From NCBI GenBank assembly GCA_028693815.1, contig JAQUUP010000004.1, positions 29,683-93,682 on the forward strand: a stretch of 64,000 nucleotides of DNA. The letters are read 5' to 3'. This DNA is from Candidatus Omnitrophota bacterium (GTDB lineage Bacteria > Omnitrophota > Gorgyraeia > Zapsychrales > Aceulaceae). The position numbers and the translations under genes were made by a program. The notes under the pieces are model-generated. The model had not been told where the DNA came from and made no database searches. It worked only from the letters and a program-made list of their open reading frames with translations. Shown here piece by piece: positions 46,274 to 55,130 of the stretch. Within the stretch, counting starts at the first letter, position 1. Every line of letters starts with the position of its first letter.

Positions 46274-46279
46274 TTTTTA

Positions 46280-47260
46280 ATGAGATTTTTTATTAGAAGA
46301 ATTTTTATTTGGATAAGCATATTCGGACTTTGCATGGCAGGGTTTTTAAGCCCTGCCATTGCTGTTGAATCACGAGATGCAAAGGCTCGTGCGCTTGCGC
46401 ATTATACGATGGGATTGATCCATGATTGGAATGGATCTGTCGACGAAGCGATCGAGGAATATCAAAAATCGATTCGCATTGAGCAAGATAATTATGCGAC
46501 TCATTTAAAGCTTGGATCAAATTATGGCCGAGTTGGCGATTTTGAAAAAGCGGTGAAGGAATTAGAAATTGCATCAGACCTTAATCCAAAAGATATTCAA
46601 GCCCACTATCTTTTGGCTCTCATTTATTCCTCTCAATCAAAAGAAGTTCAGGCCACAAATGAATACGAAATTATTTTAACGCGCATTGCTGAAGAAAATC
46701 CAGAAAGCCCAGAGGCGATTGCGTTTTTAGGTCAGCTTTATTATTCCGAAGGAAAAACAAAAAAAGCCATTGAGCAGTTTGAAAAAATTATTTTGATTGA
46801 GCCAAATAATGCAGAAATTTTATCTATTTTAGGTTCGCTTTATTTAGAGGTTCAACAAAGAAAAAAAGCCATTGATTTTTTTAAGCGTGCGATCGCTATT
46901 GATCCGATTCATGACGGAAGTCTAAATTCTTTAGGGTATTTGTATGCCGAAGATGGAATCAATATTGATGAGGCGATTGATTTGATTCAGCGCGCGTTGA
47001 CGGTTGATCCAGAAAATGGTGCTTATCTGGATAGTTTAGGATGGGCTTATTATAAAAAAGGTGATTATGAAAAGGCTCTTTTATTTTTAGAAAGAGCTGC
47101 AAAATTTATTGAAGATCCTGTTATTTATGATCATATCGGAGATGTCTATTTAAAGATGAATAAGCCAAAGAGTGCGGTTCGTTTTTGGCAAAAATCAGTG
47201 GATATGTTGCCTGATCAAAAAGAAGTTTTGAAGAAAATACAAAAGATACAAAGCCATTAG
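46280..47260 (+). CDS. secreted TPR-repeat protein
   Basis: It has a signal peptide and multiple TPR motifs. Confidence 0.7.
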   Translation: MRFFIRRIFIWISIFGLCMAGFLSPAIAVESRDAKARALAHYTMGLIHDWNGSVDEAIEEYQKSIRIEQDNYATHLKLGSNYGRVGDFEKAVKELEIASDLNPKDIQAHYLLALIYSSQSKEVQATNEYEIILTRIAEENPESPEAIAFLGQLYYSEGKTKKAIEQFEKIILIEPNNAEILSILGSLYLEVQQRKKAIDFFKRAIAIDPIHDGSLNSLGYLYAEDGINIDEAIDLIQRALTVDPENGAYLDSLGWAYYKKGDYEKALLFLERAAKFIEDPVIYDHIGDVYLKMNKPKSAVRFWQKSVDMLPDQKEVLKKIQKIQSH

Positions 47261-47280
47261 ATTTTAGCGAATTTAAATTT

Positions 47281-48138
47281 ATGAAAAGCATTTGCCTGCG
47301 ATCTCCCGCCAAATTAAACCTTTCTTTGCATGTTGTCAGCAAAAGACCAGATGGTTATCATAATCTTTCAACTCTTTTTGAGAAAATTAATCTGTTTGAT
47401 GACATTCGCTTGAGCTTGCGAGCGGATAAAAGAATTCGTATTTTTTGTGATCATCCGAGTGTTCCAAAAGGTCCTAAGAACTTAGTGTACAAGGCAGCTG
47501 AAATGCTTCGAAAAGATTGCCAAGTCTCAATTGGCATTGATATTCACATTAAAAAACGCATTCCTGTCGCAGCCGGGTTGGCTGGAGGATCTAGCAATGC
47601 GGCCACAGTTCTTTTGGGTCTTAATCAGATTTGGGGTTTGAAATTGACTGAAAACCAACTTGTTTGTTATGCCAAGCGAATTGGAAGTGATGTGCCATTA
47701 TTTATATATAAATATATATGGGCTTTAGGAGTCGAGCGCGGGGATTGTATTAAAAACGTCAATTTGAGCAATAAAATGTGGCATATTTTGATTATTCCTG
47801 GCATAAAAGTGTATTCACAAGAGGTATTTAGGGCATTTAAAATGAAGTTGACAAAGAGAAAAGATAATGCTACTATTCTTACTCGTGCGTTGAGAGAAGG
47901 GGCTTATCAGAAGGTTAGCCAGCTTCTTTTAAATGATTTGGAGGCAGCTATTGTGCATGCCCATCCACAATTATTAAAAATAAAGAATAATATAGAATAT
48001 ATGACCGGACTTAATATGTGTTTTTCCGGTAGCGGGCCTTCAATTTTTGGTATTGTTGAATCAGAAAAAGAGGCAAAGAAGATGCAATCTATATTATCAG
48101 CTCGCTATAAACAAGTATTTGTTGTTAGGACATTGTAA
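47281..48138 (+). CDS. ispE: 4-diphosphocytidyl-2-C-methyl-D-erythritol kinase
   Basis: A GHMP kinase motif (PVAAGLAGGSSNAAT) and the N-terminal KLNLSLHV are present. Confidence 0.85.
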   Translation: MKSICLRSPAKLNLSLHVVSKRPDGYHNLSTLFEKINLFDDIRLSLRADKRIRIFCDHPSVPKGPKNLVYKAAEMLRKDCQVSIGIDIHIKKRIPVAAGLAGGSSNAATVLLGLNQIWGLKLTENQLVCYAKRIGSDVPLFIYKYIWALGVERGDCIKNVNLSNKMWHILIIPGIKVYSQEVFRAFKMKLTKRKDNATILTRALREGAYQKVSQLLLNDLEAAIVHAHPQLLKIKNNIEYMTGLNMCFSGSGPSIFGIVESEKEAKKMQSILSARYKQVFVVRTL

Positions 48139-48170
48139 ATTTAGCCTGTAACTTAGGCAAGGAGGCAACA

Positions 48171-48614
48171 ATGGAAATAACAGAAATTCGAGTATTCTTA
48201 AAAGACGGACAAGACAAGAAGCTCAAAGCATACACAACAGTTACTTTTGATGATTGTTTTGTCGTTCGGAATATTAAGGTTATTCAGTCGACAAATGGGC
48301 TTTTTATTGCGATGCCTTCACGTAAGGTGAGGTTATCGTGTCCTAAATGTCATTTTAGAAATGAAATAGGTAGTAAGTTTTGTAATCATTGCGGTGCTGG
48401 ATTAAGTGTTAAGAATGTTTCGGCGGCTACGCCTGAAGATTCAAAAGCAGAGCATCGTGATATCGCGCATCCTGTTACGAAAGAGTTTCGTGATCAACTG
48501 CAAAAAAAAGTTTTAGAAGCATATGAAAAAGAAGTGGGATCTAGTAGCGCAAAGGAAAAAAAGCCTTTAGAAGAAGACGTTGCAGATAGTATTTTAGGGA
48601 CTGAAGATTATTAA
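48171..48614 (+). CDS. spoVG: SpoVG-family protein with an inserted CxxC...CxxC zinc ribbon
   Basis: The SpoVG core MEITEIRVF...NGLFIAMPSRKV ... EHRDIAHPV is interrupted by RLSCPKCHFRNEIGSKFCNHCGAG. Confidence 0.8.
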   Translation: MEITEIRVFLKDGQDKKLKAYTTVTFDDCFVVRNIKVIQSTNGLFIAMPSRKVRLSCPKCHFRNEIGSKFCNHCGAGLSVKNVSAATPEDSKAEHRDIAHPVTKEFRDQLQKKVLEAYEKEVGSSSAKEKKPLEEDVADSILGTEDY

Positions 48615-48631
48615 AAGAAGGTTTTAAATAT

Positions 48632-48702
48632 TGCCCGGTGGTGTAATGGTAACACACAAGAATTTGGATCTTGCGTTTCAGGTTCGAGCCCTGGCTGGGC
48701 AG
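48632..48702 (+). tRNA. tRNA-Gln (anticodon TTG)
   Basis: A cloverleaf was folded by hand. The acceptor stem is TGCCCGG/CTGGGCA with a U1-A72 pair. The D stem is GTGT/ACAC. The anticodon stem is CAAGA/TCTTG with loop ATTTGGA. The T arm is TCAGG-TTCGAGC-CCTGG. CCA is not encoded, and a T7 run follows. Confidence 0.75.
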
Positions 48703-48723
48703 TTTTTTTAAAGAAGTATAACC

Positions 48724-49986
48724 ATGGTTCAAACTGGCTCGATTATTTTGGCTGCAGGTAAGGGGACCCGGATGAATTCCGAGGAACCAAAAGTTTTGCA
48801 TAGCGTTTGTGAGCGAGCGATGATTGATTATGTGGTTGATACGGCTAAAGCAGCTAGTTCGAAGATATGTATTGTTTTGGGTCACGGGCACGAGCTCATT
48901 GAAAAGAAGTTTGGATCAGATATCCATATAGCGCTTCAAGAGAAGCTTTTAGGTACAGCTGATGCCATTAAATCTGCGCAATCTTGTTTTAAAAATTTTA
49001 AGGGTGATATTTTAGTTTTATGCGGAGATGTGCCACTTTTGAAAGTGGCAAGCGTTCGAAAGCTTTTAGTTGCCCATCAAAGATCTAAGGCTGCGTGTAC
49101 GTTTTTAAGCGCAGAACTTAAGAACCCTAAAGGGTATGGACGGGTTATCCGTAAAAATGGAAATAATGTGGTTGCAATTCGCGAAGATAAAGATGCAACG
49201 CCAAAAGAAAAGTCTATTTGTGAAATTAATACAGGGCTTTATTGTTTTAAGGCGCAGGATTTGTTTGACGGCTTGAAGAAGATTGCAGTAAATAAAAAAA
49301 AGAATGAATATTACCTAACAGATATTATTTCTGTTTTTGTTAAAGAGAATAAAGATGTTCGCGTTATAAAGTTAGACAATCCTGCAGAAGGATTAGGCAT
49401 CAATACGCGCAAAGATCTCGCAGAGGCAAATCGTATTTTGAACAAAAGAACGTTAGATAAATTAATGGATCAAGGTGTTACGATTGTTGATCCGAACACA
49501 ACCTATATTGGAGCAAACGTTAAGGTTGGACAGGATACCATTGTTTATCCGTTTGCATTTATTGAAAATGATGTTGTTATTGGCAAACGATGTAAACTAG
49601 GTCCATTTTGCCATATTCGTCCTCAGTCTCGTATTAAAGATGGTGCTCAGATTGGGAACTTTACTGAAGTGTCTCGATCAACAGTTGGCGAACAAAGCTT
49701 GATGAAACATTTTGGATTTTTAGGTGATACGGTTGTTGGTAAAAAGGTTAATATTGGTGCAGGTGTTGTGACCGCAAATTATGATGGAATAAAAAAGAGT
49801 AAAACGGTGATTGGTGATCAAGCTTTTATTGGGTCAGATTCGATTTTAGTGGCTCCTGTTAAGATTGGCAAAAAAGCTATGACAGCGGCTGGATGTGTTG
49901 TCCCTAAAAATAGAAATGTTCCCAATGGAAAAACAATGGTTGGAGTTCCTGGAAGAATAAAGTCGAAAGGAAAGACGAATGAATAA
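48724..49986 (+). CDS. glmU: bifunctional UDP-N-acetylglucosamine pyrophosphorylase / glucosamine-1-phosphate N-acetyltransferase
   Basis: An N-terminal nucleotidyltransferase motif (LAAGKGTRM) is followed by C-terminal left-handed beta-helix hexapeptide repeats. Confidence 0.9.
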   Translation: MVQTGSIILAAGKGTRMNSEEPKVLHSVCERAMIDYVVDTAKAASSKICIVLGHGHELIEKKFGSDIHIALQEKLLGTADAIKSAQSCFKNFKGDILVLCGDVPLLKVASVRKLLVAHQRSKAACTFLSAELKNPKGYGRVIRKNGNNVVAIREDKDATPKEKSICEINTGLYCFKAQDLFDGLKKIAVNKKKNEYYLTDIISVFVKENKDVRVIKLDNPAEGLGINTRKDLAEANRILNKRTLDKLMDQGVTIVDPNTTYIGANVKVGQDTIVYPFAFIENDVVIGKRCKLGPFCHIRPQSRIKDGAQIGNFTEVSRSTVGEQSLMKHFGFLGDTVVGKKVNIGAGVVTANYDGIKKSKTVIGDQAFIGSDSILVAPVKIGKKAMTAAGCVVPKNRNVPNGKTMVGVPGRIKSKGKTNE

Positions 49987-50917
49987 ATTAGCAATTATTA
50001 CAGGTAACGCTAACCCTGAATTAGCAAAAGAAATTTGTCAGCATCTCGGGATATTTTTGACAAAAGCGCTTGTTGGACGTTTTAGCGAAGGTGAGATTCG
50101 AGTCCATATTGAAGAAAATGTTCGTGGAAAAGATGTCTTTATTGTTCAGTCAACGTGTCGTCCGACAAATGATAATTTTATGGAACTTTTAATTTTAATT
50201 GATGCGATTAGGCGTGCATCGCCTAGACGAATTACAGCGGTGCTTCCGTATTATGGATATGCAAGACAAGATAGAAAAGATCAACCAAGAGTTCCAATTA
50301 CGGCTAAGCTTGTCGCTAATCTTATTACTGGTGCTGGGGCTGATCGCGTGTTGACAATGGATCTACATGCAAGCCAGATTCAAGGTTTTTTTGATATCCC
50401 AGTCGACCATGTTTATGCGATTAATACGATTAGCGAATATTTTATTAACAAGAAAATGAAAGATTTAGTGGTTGTTTCTCCTGATGTCGGTGGCATTAAA
50501 ATGGCGCGGGCTTATGCTAAAAAATTATCTGCAGATTTAGCCATTGTTGACAAGAGACGAGATAGCCCAGAAAAAACAGAAGTTATGCATATTTTGGGTG
50601 ATGTGAAAGGTAAGAAAGTTGTTTTGGTGGATGATATTATCGCAACTGCCGGTTCGTTGGTTGAGGCGATTGAAGAGCTGAAAAAACGAGGCGTTATTGA
50701 AGCGTATGCGGCTGTAAGTCATGGCGTTTTGTCCGGGGATGCGTTAAAAAGAATTGAAGAATGTGACATTTTAAAAGAGGTTGTAATTACCAATAGTATT
50801 CCTCTGGAAGATTCTAAAAAGAATCCAAAGATAAAAGTTTTAAGTGTTGCTGCTTTGTTGGCAGAAGCGATTAAGAGAACTCATAACGAAGAATCTATTA
50901 GTTGCTTATTTGATTAA
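49979..50917 (+). CDS. prs: ribose-phosphate pyrophosphokinase
   Basis: The PRPP-binding motif VLVDDIIATAGS is present and the N-terminal pattern is conserved. Confidence 0.9.
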   Translation: MNKLAIITGNANPELAKEICQHLGIFLTKALVGRFSEGEIRVHIEENVRGKDVFIVQSTCRPTNDNFMELLILIDAIRRASPRRITAVLPYYGYARQDRKDQPRVPITAKLVANLITGAGADRVLTMDLHASQIQGFFDIPVDHVYAINTISEYFINKKMKDLVVVSPDVGGIKMARAYAKKLSADLAIVDKRRDSPEKTEVMHILGDVKGKKVVLVDDIIATAGSLVEAIEELKKRGVIEAYAAVSHGVLSGDALKRIEECDILKEVVITNSIPLEDSKKNPKIKVLSVAALLAEAIKRTHNEESISCLFD

Positions 50918-50954
50918 TCAAAAGTGAAAAATAAGAAGGCGGGTAGATGACAAA

Positions 50955-51650
50955 ATGGAAGAAATAAAATTAGACGTACAAATTAGAAGTCAAATAGGAA
51001 AAGAAGGTTCTCAAAAAGTTCGTAAGGAAGATTGTATTCCGGCGATTGTTTATGGTGAGCATAAAGATCCAACTGCGATTAAGGTTGATCGTAGGTCATT
51101 TGAGCGCATTAGGCGTGAGCATCGAGGAGAAAGCGTTGTTTTTCATTTAAATGTTTTAGATGGTGAAAAAAAGTTACGCGATTATGCAGCTCTTGTTAAA
51201 GAGGTTCAGCATCATCCAGTGAGCGATTCCCTTTTGCATATTGATTTTATTCGTATTTCTTTGACAGAAAAAATTGAGGTTAAAATACCAATTCATGTTC
51301 AAGGTGATGCTGTTGGTGTCAAGAAAAACGGTGGATCTGTGGATCACCATCTTCGGGAAATTGATGTTATTTGTTTGCCGACAAAAATTCCTTCGCATAT
51401 TGATGTTGATGTTTCTGATCTTGATATTCATGATGCGCTTCATGTTAAAGATCTTGTTTTTCCAGAGGGTGTTGTGACAGAACATGACTTGGAGTCTATT
51501 GTTGTTTCGATTGCTCCTCCGATGAGAGAGATTGAAGAAGAGCCTTCTGAAGAGGACGCGACGACAGAACCTGAAGTTATTAAAGAGAAGAAAAAAGAAG
51601 CTGCTTCTGAAAAAGCAGATTCTGAAAAAGAAGAAAAATTAGAAGGTTAG
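50955..51650 (+). CDS. rplY: 50S ribosomal protein L25 / general stress protein Ctc, with acidic C-terminal tail
   Basis: An L25 N-domain (RSQIGKEGSQKVRKEDCIPAIVYG) is present, followed by an acidic C-terminal tail. It sits in the glmU-prs-ctc-pth order. Confidence 0.85.
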   Translation: MEEIKLDVQIRSQIGKEGSQKVRKEDCIPAIVYGEHKDPTAIKVDRRSFERIRREHRGESVVFHLNVLDGEKKLRDYAALVKEVQHHPVSDSLLHIDFIRISLTEKIEVKIPIHVQGDAVGVKKNGGSVDHHLREIDVICLPTKIPSHIDVDVSDLDIHDALHVKDLVFPEGVVTEHDLESIVVSIAPPMREIEEEPSEEDATTEPEVIKEKKKEAASEKADSEKEEKLEG

Positions 51651-51654
51651 CCGC

Positions 51655-52248
51655 TTGTCTCAAAGTTATCTTATTATTGGGTTAGGAAACCCTGGAAAAG
51701 AGTATCAATTTACGCGGCATAATTTTGGATTTTTAGTTGTTTCAGAATTAGCAGAAAAGTATAAAATAAAATTTATTCGAAGTTCAAAATACCAAGGTTT
51801 TTTGGGCCATGGCAATATTGAAGGAAAAGATGTTTTTTTGCTGTTACCCCAAACGTATATGAATTGTTCTGGTGTTTCTGTTCGAAAGGTTGTTGAGGAT
51901 AAAGAAATTGCGCAACAGAATCTTTTGGTTGCGTATGATGATTTTCATATTGATTTTGGTTCTTTGCGTATACGAAACAAAGGAAGTGCTGGCGGACATA
52001 ACGGACTTCAGTCGATTATTGATAAGTTGATGACACAAGAGTTTTCGCGATTAAGACTTGGTGTTGGATCGCCGAATGGAAAGAAGAGTGCAACCGATTT
52101 TGTTCTTTCTGATTTTAGCGCGAGAGAAAAAAAACAGCTAGATGAGCAAATACAAAAAGCTGTTAGTTGTTTTTTGGTTTTTTTAAAAGAAGGAATAAGT
52201 CAGGCAATGGCCATATTTAACAAAAGGAATAAAAATGAAGAAGTATGA
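51655..52248 (+). CDS. pth: peptidyl-tRNA hydrolase
   Basis: The motif LIIGLGNPGKEY...HNFGF is present. A TTG start is used. Confidence 0.85.
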   Translation: MSQSYLIIGLGNPGKEYQFTRHNFGFLVVSELAEKYKIKFIRSSKYQGFLGHGNIEGKDVFLLLPQTYMNCSGVSVRKVVEDKEIAQQNLLVAYDDFHIDFGSLRIRNKGSAGGHNGLQSIIDKLMTQEFSRLRLGVGSPNGKKSATDFVLSDFSAREKKQLDEQIQKAVSCFLVFLKEGISQAMAIFNKRNKNEEV

Positions 52249-52564
52249 ATTAGTTGTTATCCTAGATGCTCACTTAAGTCAGGATGAAAAAGAAAAGGTT
52301 ATTAAGGCAGCTGCTGATGGTATCGCCAAAGGCGAAGGTAAGGTGATCAATAGTCAAGTTTGGCTAGAGAAGCATAAGTTTACATTTAAAATTAAGAATC
52401 GGACAGAAGGAACATATTATCTGATTAATTTTGAAAGTAAGCAAGCTTCTGTGATAAAGATCCATAAGATTTTGAGCGCAAACGAAGATATTCTTCGCTT
52501 TGTGATTACTAATGTTGAGTCGAAATCCAGCGGTGAGTCGAAATCTAATGCTGAGTCGAAATAA
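52235..52564 (+). CDS. rpsF: 30S ribosomal protein S6
   Basis: The N-terminus YELVVILDAHLSQDEKEKVI...W is S6-like. It is followed by ssb and rpsR. Confidence 0.85.
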   Translation: MKKYELVVILDAHLSQDEKEKVIKAAADGIAKGEGKVINSQVWLEKHKFTFKIKNRTEGTYYLINFESKQASVIKIHKILSANEDILRFVITNVESKSSGESKSNAESK

Positions 52565-52585
52565 GGAAAAGAGAGGAATAAAGGA

Positions 52586-53026
52586 ATGGCGAGTTTAAAC
52601 AAAATATTTTTAATTGGAAATTTAACAAAAGACCCTGAATTGCGTTATACGCCTAACGGTGTTGGAGTTGTCAATTTACGCGTTGCGGTGAATCGAAAAT
52701 ATCGCGATCGAGCCTCAGGAGAGCTAAAAGAAGAAACATGTTTTATTACAGTAACGGCTTGGGACAAGCAAGCAGAAGCATGTAATCAGTATTTGGCAAA
52801 AGGGAGTCCTATTTTTGTTGAAGGAACACTTCAATCGCGTTCATGGGAAACAAATGATGGGCAAAAAAGAAATACTATTGAAGTTAGGGCTGAGCGAGTT
52901 CAATTTTTAGGTTCTTCAAAAGATTCTGCATTAAAAGGTGAAGAAAGCCTTGATGCAGATACTCAGGTAGAAGATTCTCTGAAGCCAGAGAATATTTCTT
53001 GGGATGAAGAAGAAAATGCAGTTTAA
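52586..53026 (+). CDS. ssb: single-stranded DNA-binding protein
   Basis: An OB-fold N-terminus ([22 protein letters not shown]) and an acidic C-terminal tail (DEEENAV) are present. Confidence 0.9.
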   Translation: MASLNKIFLIGNLTKDPELRYTPNGVGVVNLRVAVNRKYRDRASGELKEETCFITVTAWDKQAEACNQYLAKGSPIFVEGTLQSRSWETNDGQKRNTIEVRAERVQFLGSSKDSALKGEESLDADTQVEDSLKPENISWDEEENAV

Positions 53027-53040
53027 AAAAGGAAAAAATA

Positions 53041-53310
53041 ATGCTAAGAAAAAAAGATGATAAAAAGAAATTAGATCGAAAGAAGGTCGCTCGACGTCCA
53101 CGCGTTCGAATTGGTCTTCCGAAGGATACAAAAATTGACTATAAGAGTATTGATTTGTTGTTAAGAGTCACGACAACAAATGGCAAAATTATGTCTCGAC
53201 GATTTACCGGGGCAAATTCAAAGCAACAGCGGGATCTAACAAAAGCGGCAAAGCAAGCTAAATTTTTAGCTCTTGTTCCTGTCGGATCATCAAAGAGGTT
53301 TTTAAAATGA
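53041..53310 (+). CDS. rpsR: 30S ribosomal protein S18
   Basis: The S18 core [26 protein letters not shown] is present. Confidence 0.85.
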   Translation: MLRKKDDKKKLDRKKVARRPRVRIGLPKDTKIDYKSIDLLLRVTTTNGKIMSRRFTGANSKQQRDLTKAAKQAKFLALVPVGSSKRFLK

Positions 53311-53750
53311 AAGTTATTTTATCACAAAGCATAGATAAGCTAGGAAAAGTCGGGGATGTCATAAAGGTTAAAGATGGTTTTGCTCGAAATTTTCTAATTC
53401 CTCAAAAACAAGCCTATCTTGCAACGGCTCAGAATTTAAAGAGGGTTGAAAAACAAAAAGCAAAGCATCAAGCTGAAGCATTAGAGAGAAAAGCACAGGC
53501 AGAAGAATTTTCAAAGAAATTGTCAGGTGTTTCTTGTACGATTAATGTTGAAGTTAACGATTTAGAAAAATTGTATGGAGCTATTTCAGAGACTGATATT
53601 GCCAAAGCAATTAATGATGAAGGTTTTGACATTAACAAAAAAGATATTGTGATCGAGCAGCCAATTGAAGAGTTGGGCATTTTTGAAGTTGGTGTTCGTG
53701 TCCATCCAGAGGTAACAGCAAAAGTTAGAGTATGGGTAACCAAGAAATAA
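53307..53750 (+). CDS. rplI: 50S ribosomal protein L9
   Basis: The N-terminus [32 protein letters not shown] is L9-like. Confidence 0.9.
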   Translation: MKVILSQSIDKLGKVGDVIKVKDGFARNFLIPQKQAYLATAQNLKRVEKQKAKHQAEALERKAQAEEFSKKLSGVSCTINVEVNDLEKLYGAISETDIAKAINDEGFDINKKDIVIEQPIEELGIFEVGVRVHPEVTAKVRVWVTKK

Positions 53751-55114
53751 AAACCGCACGTAACTCTCAGGATGTTTTTCAATCTTTTGCAGATGGAAAA
53801 GTAACGCCTCAGAATATTGAGGCAGAGAAATCAGTGCTAGGATCAATGATGATTGATCAAGAGGCCATTGGTTTAGCTGCAGAAAATTTGAGCGCTGAAT
53901 CTTTTTATGAGTTTTCTCATCAACGAATTTTTGATGCGATTTTAAAACTTTACAATGATCGAAGAAATGTTGATCTTATTACACTTTCTGACGAACTAAA
54001 ATCTCAGGGAATTTTAGATGAAGTTGGGGGTGTTAGCTACTTAACAGTATTGATTGATTTGGTTCCTTCTTCGGCTAACATTGAGCATTATGCGCGCATT
54101 GTTAAAGAAAAAAATATCCAGCGACAACTTATTAAAAATGCAACACAAATTATTGCCGAGAGTTATAAGCCGGGAGTTGACATTGATGAGCTTGTGGATG
54201 GCGCTGAAAAGCTTATTTTTCAGATTGCAACAGCACGTCTTAAGCAAGATGCTATGCATATTAAGGAGCTCATTAAAGAGACCATCGAAACAATTGATAA
54301 TTTGTACCAACGAAAAGAATATATTACTGGTATTTCAACAGGTTTTACTGAATTTGACAAAATGACTTCTGGCCTTCAGAAGTCAGATTTGGTTATTGTG
54401 GCTGGGCGTCCATCTATGGGAAAAAGTTCATGGGCGATGAATGTGGCAGAATATGCTGCAGTAGAAAATGGAGCGGGAGTTGCGATTTTTAGCTTGGAAA
54501 TGTCAAAAGAACAACTTGTTCAACGTATGCTTTGTTCTCATGGACGCGTTGATGCGCATAAGGTTCGAAGTGGATTCTTGCTTCCATCAGATTGGCCCAA
54601 GCTAACAGCAGCTGCAGGAAAATTATCAGCGGCACCTATTTTTATTGATGATACGCCAGCGATTTCTGTTTTGGAGTTACGTACAAAGGCAAGACGATTG
54701 AAGGCAAGCCATGATATTCAACTTATTATTGTTGATTATTTGCAGCTAATGCGAGGAAGTGCGCGCGCGGATAGCCGGCAACAGGAAATTTCTGATATTT
54801 CTCGATCACTTAAAGCTCTTGCGCGTGAAATTAGCGTTCCTGTTATTGGCATTAGTCAGCTTTCTCGTGCTGTAGAAAGTCGACAAGACCATAGGCCGCA
54901 GCTTTCTGATCTTCGTGAATCTGGCGCGATCGAACAAGATGCAGATCTTGTTGTTTTGCTTATGCGCGAGGAATATTATAATCCTACCGAAGAAAACAGA
55001 GGCATCGCTGAAATAATTATTGCGAAACAAAGAAATGGACCTGTTGGAACAAATAAGGCGACATTTATTAAAGAATATATGAAATTTGAGAATTTAGCAA
55101 CCAGATCTGAATAA
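53732..55114 (+). CDS. dnaB: replicative DNA helicase DnaB
   Basis: The N-terminal PQNIEAEKSVLGSMMID, a Walker A motif (GRPSMGKSS) and the RecA-like motifs are present. Confidence 0.9.
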   Translation: MGNQEIKTARNSQDVFQSFADGKVTPQNIEAEKSVLGSMMIDQEAIGLAAENLSAESFYEFSHQRIFDAILKLYNDRRNVDLITLSDELKSQGILDEVGGVSYLTVLIDLVPSSANIEHYARIVKEKNIQRQLIKNATQIIAESYKPGVDIDELVDGAEKLIFQIATARLKQDAMHIKELIKETIETIDNLYQRKEYITGISTGFTEFDKMTSGLQKSDLVIVAGRPSMGKSSWAMNVAEYAAVENGAGVAIFSLEMSKEQLVQRMLCSHGRVDAHKVRSGFLLPSDWPKLTAAAGKLSAAPIFIDDTPAISVLELRTKARRLKASHDIQLIIVDYLQLMRGSARADSRQQEISDISRSLKALAREISVPVIGISQLSRAVESRQDHRPQLSDLRESGAIEQDADLVVLLMREEYYNPTEENRGIAEIIIAKQRNGPVGTNKATFIKEYMKFENLATRSE

Positions 55115-55130
55115 GCAGAGAGGACGTGTG

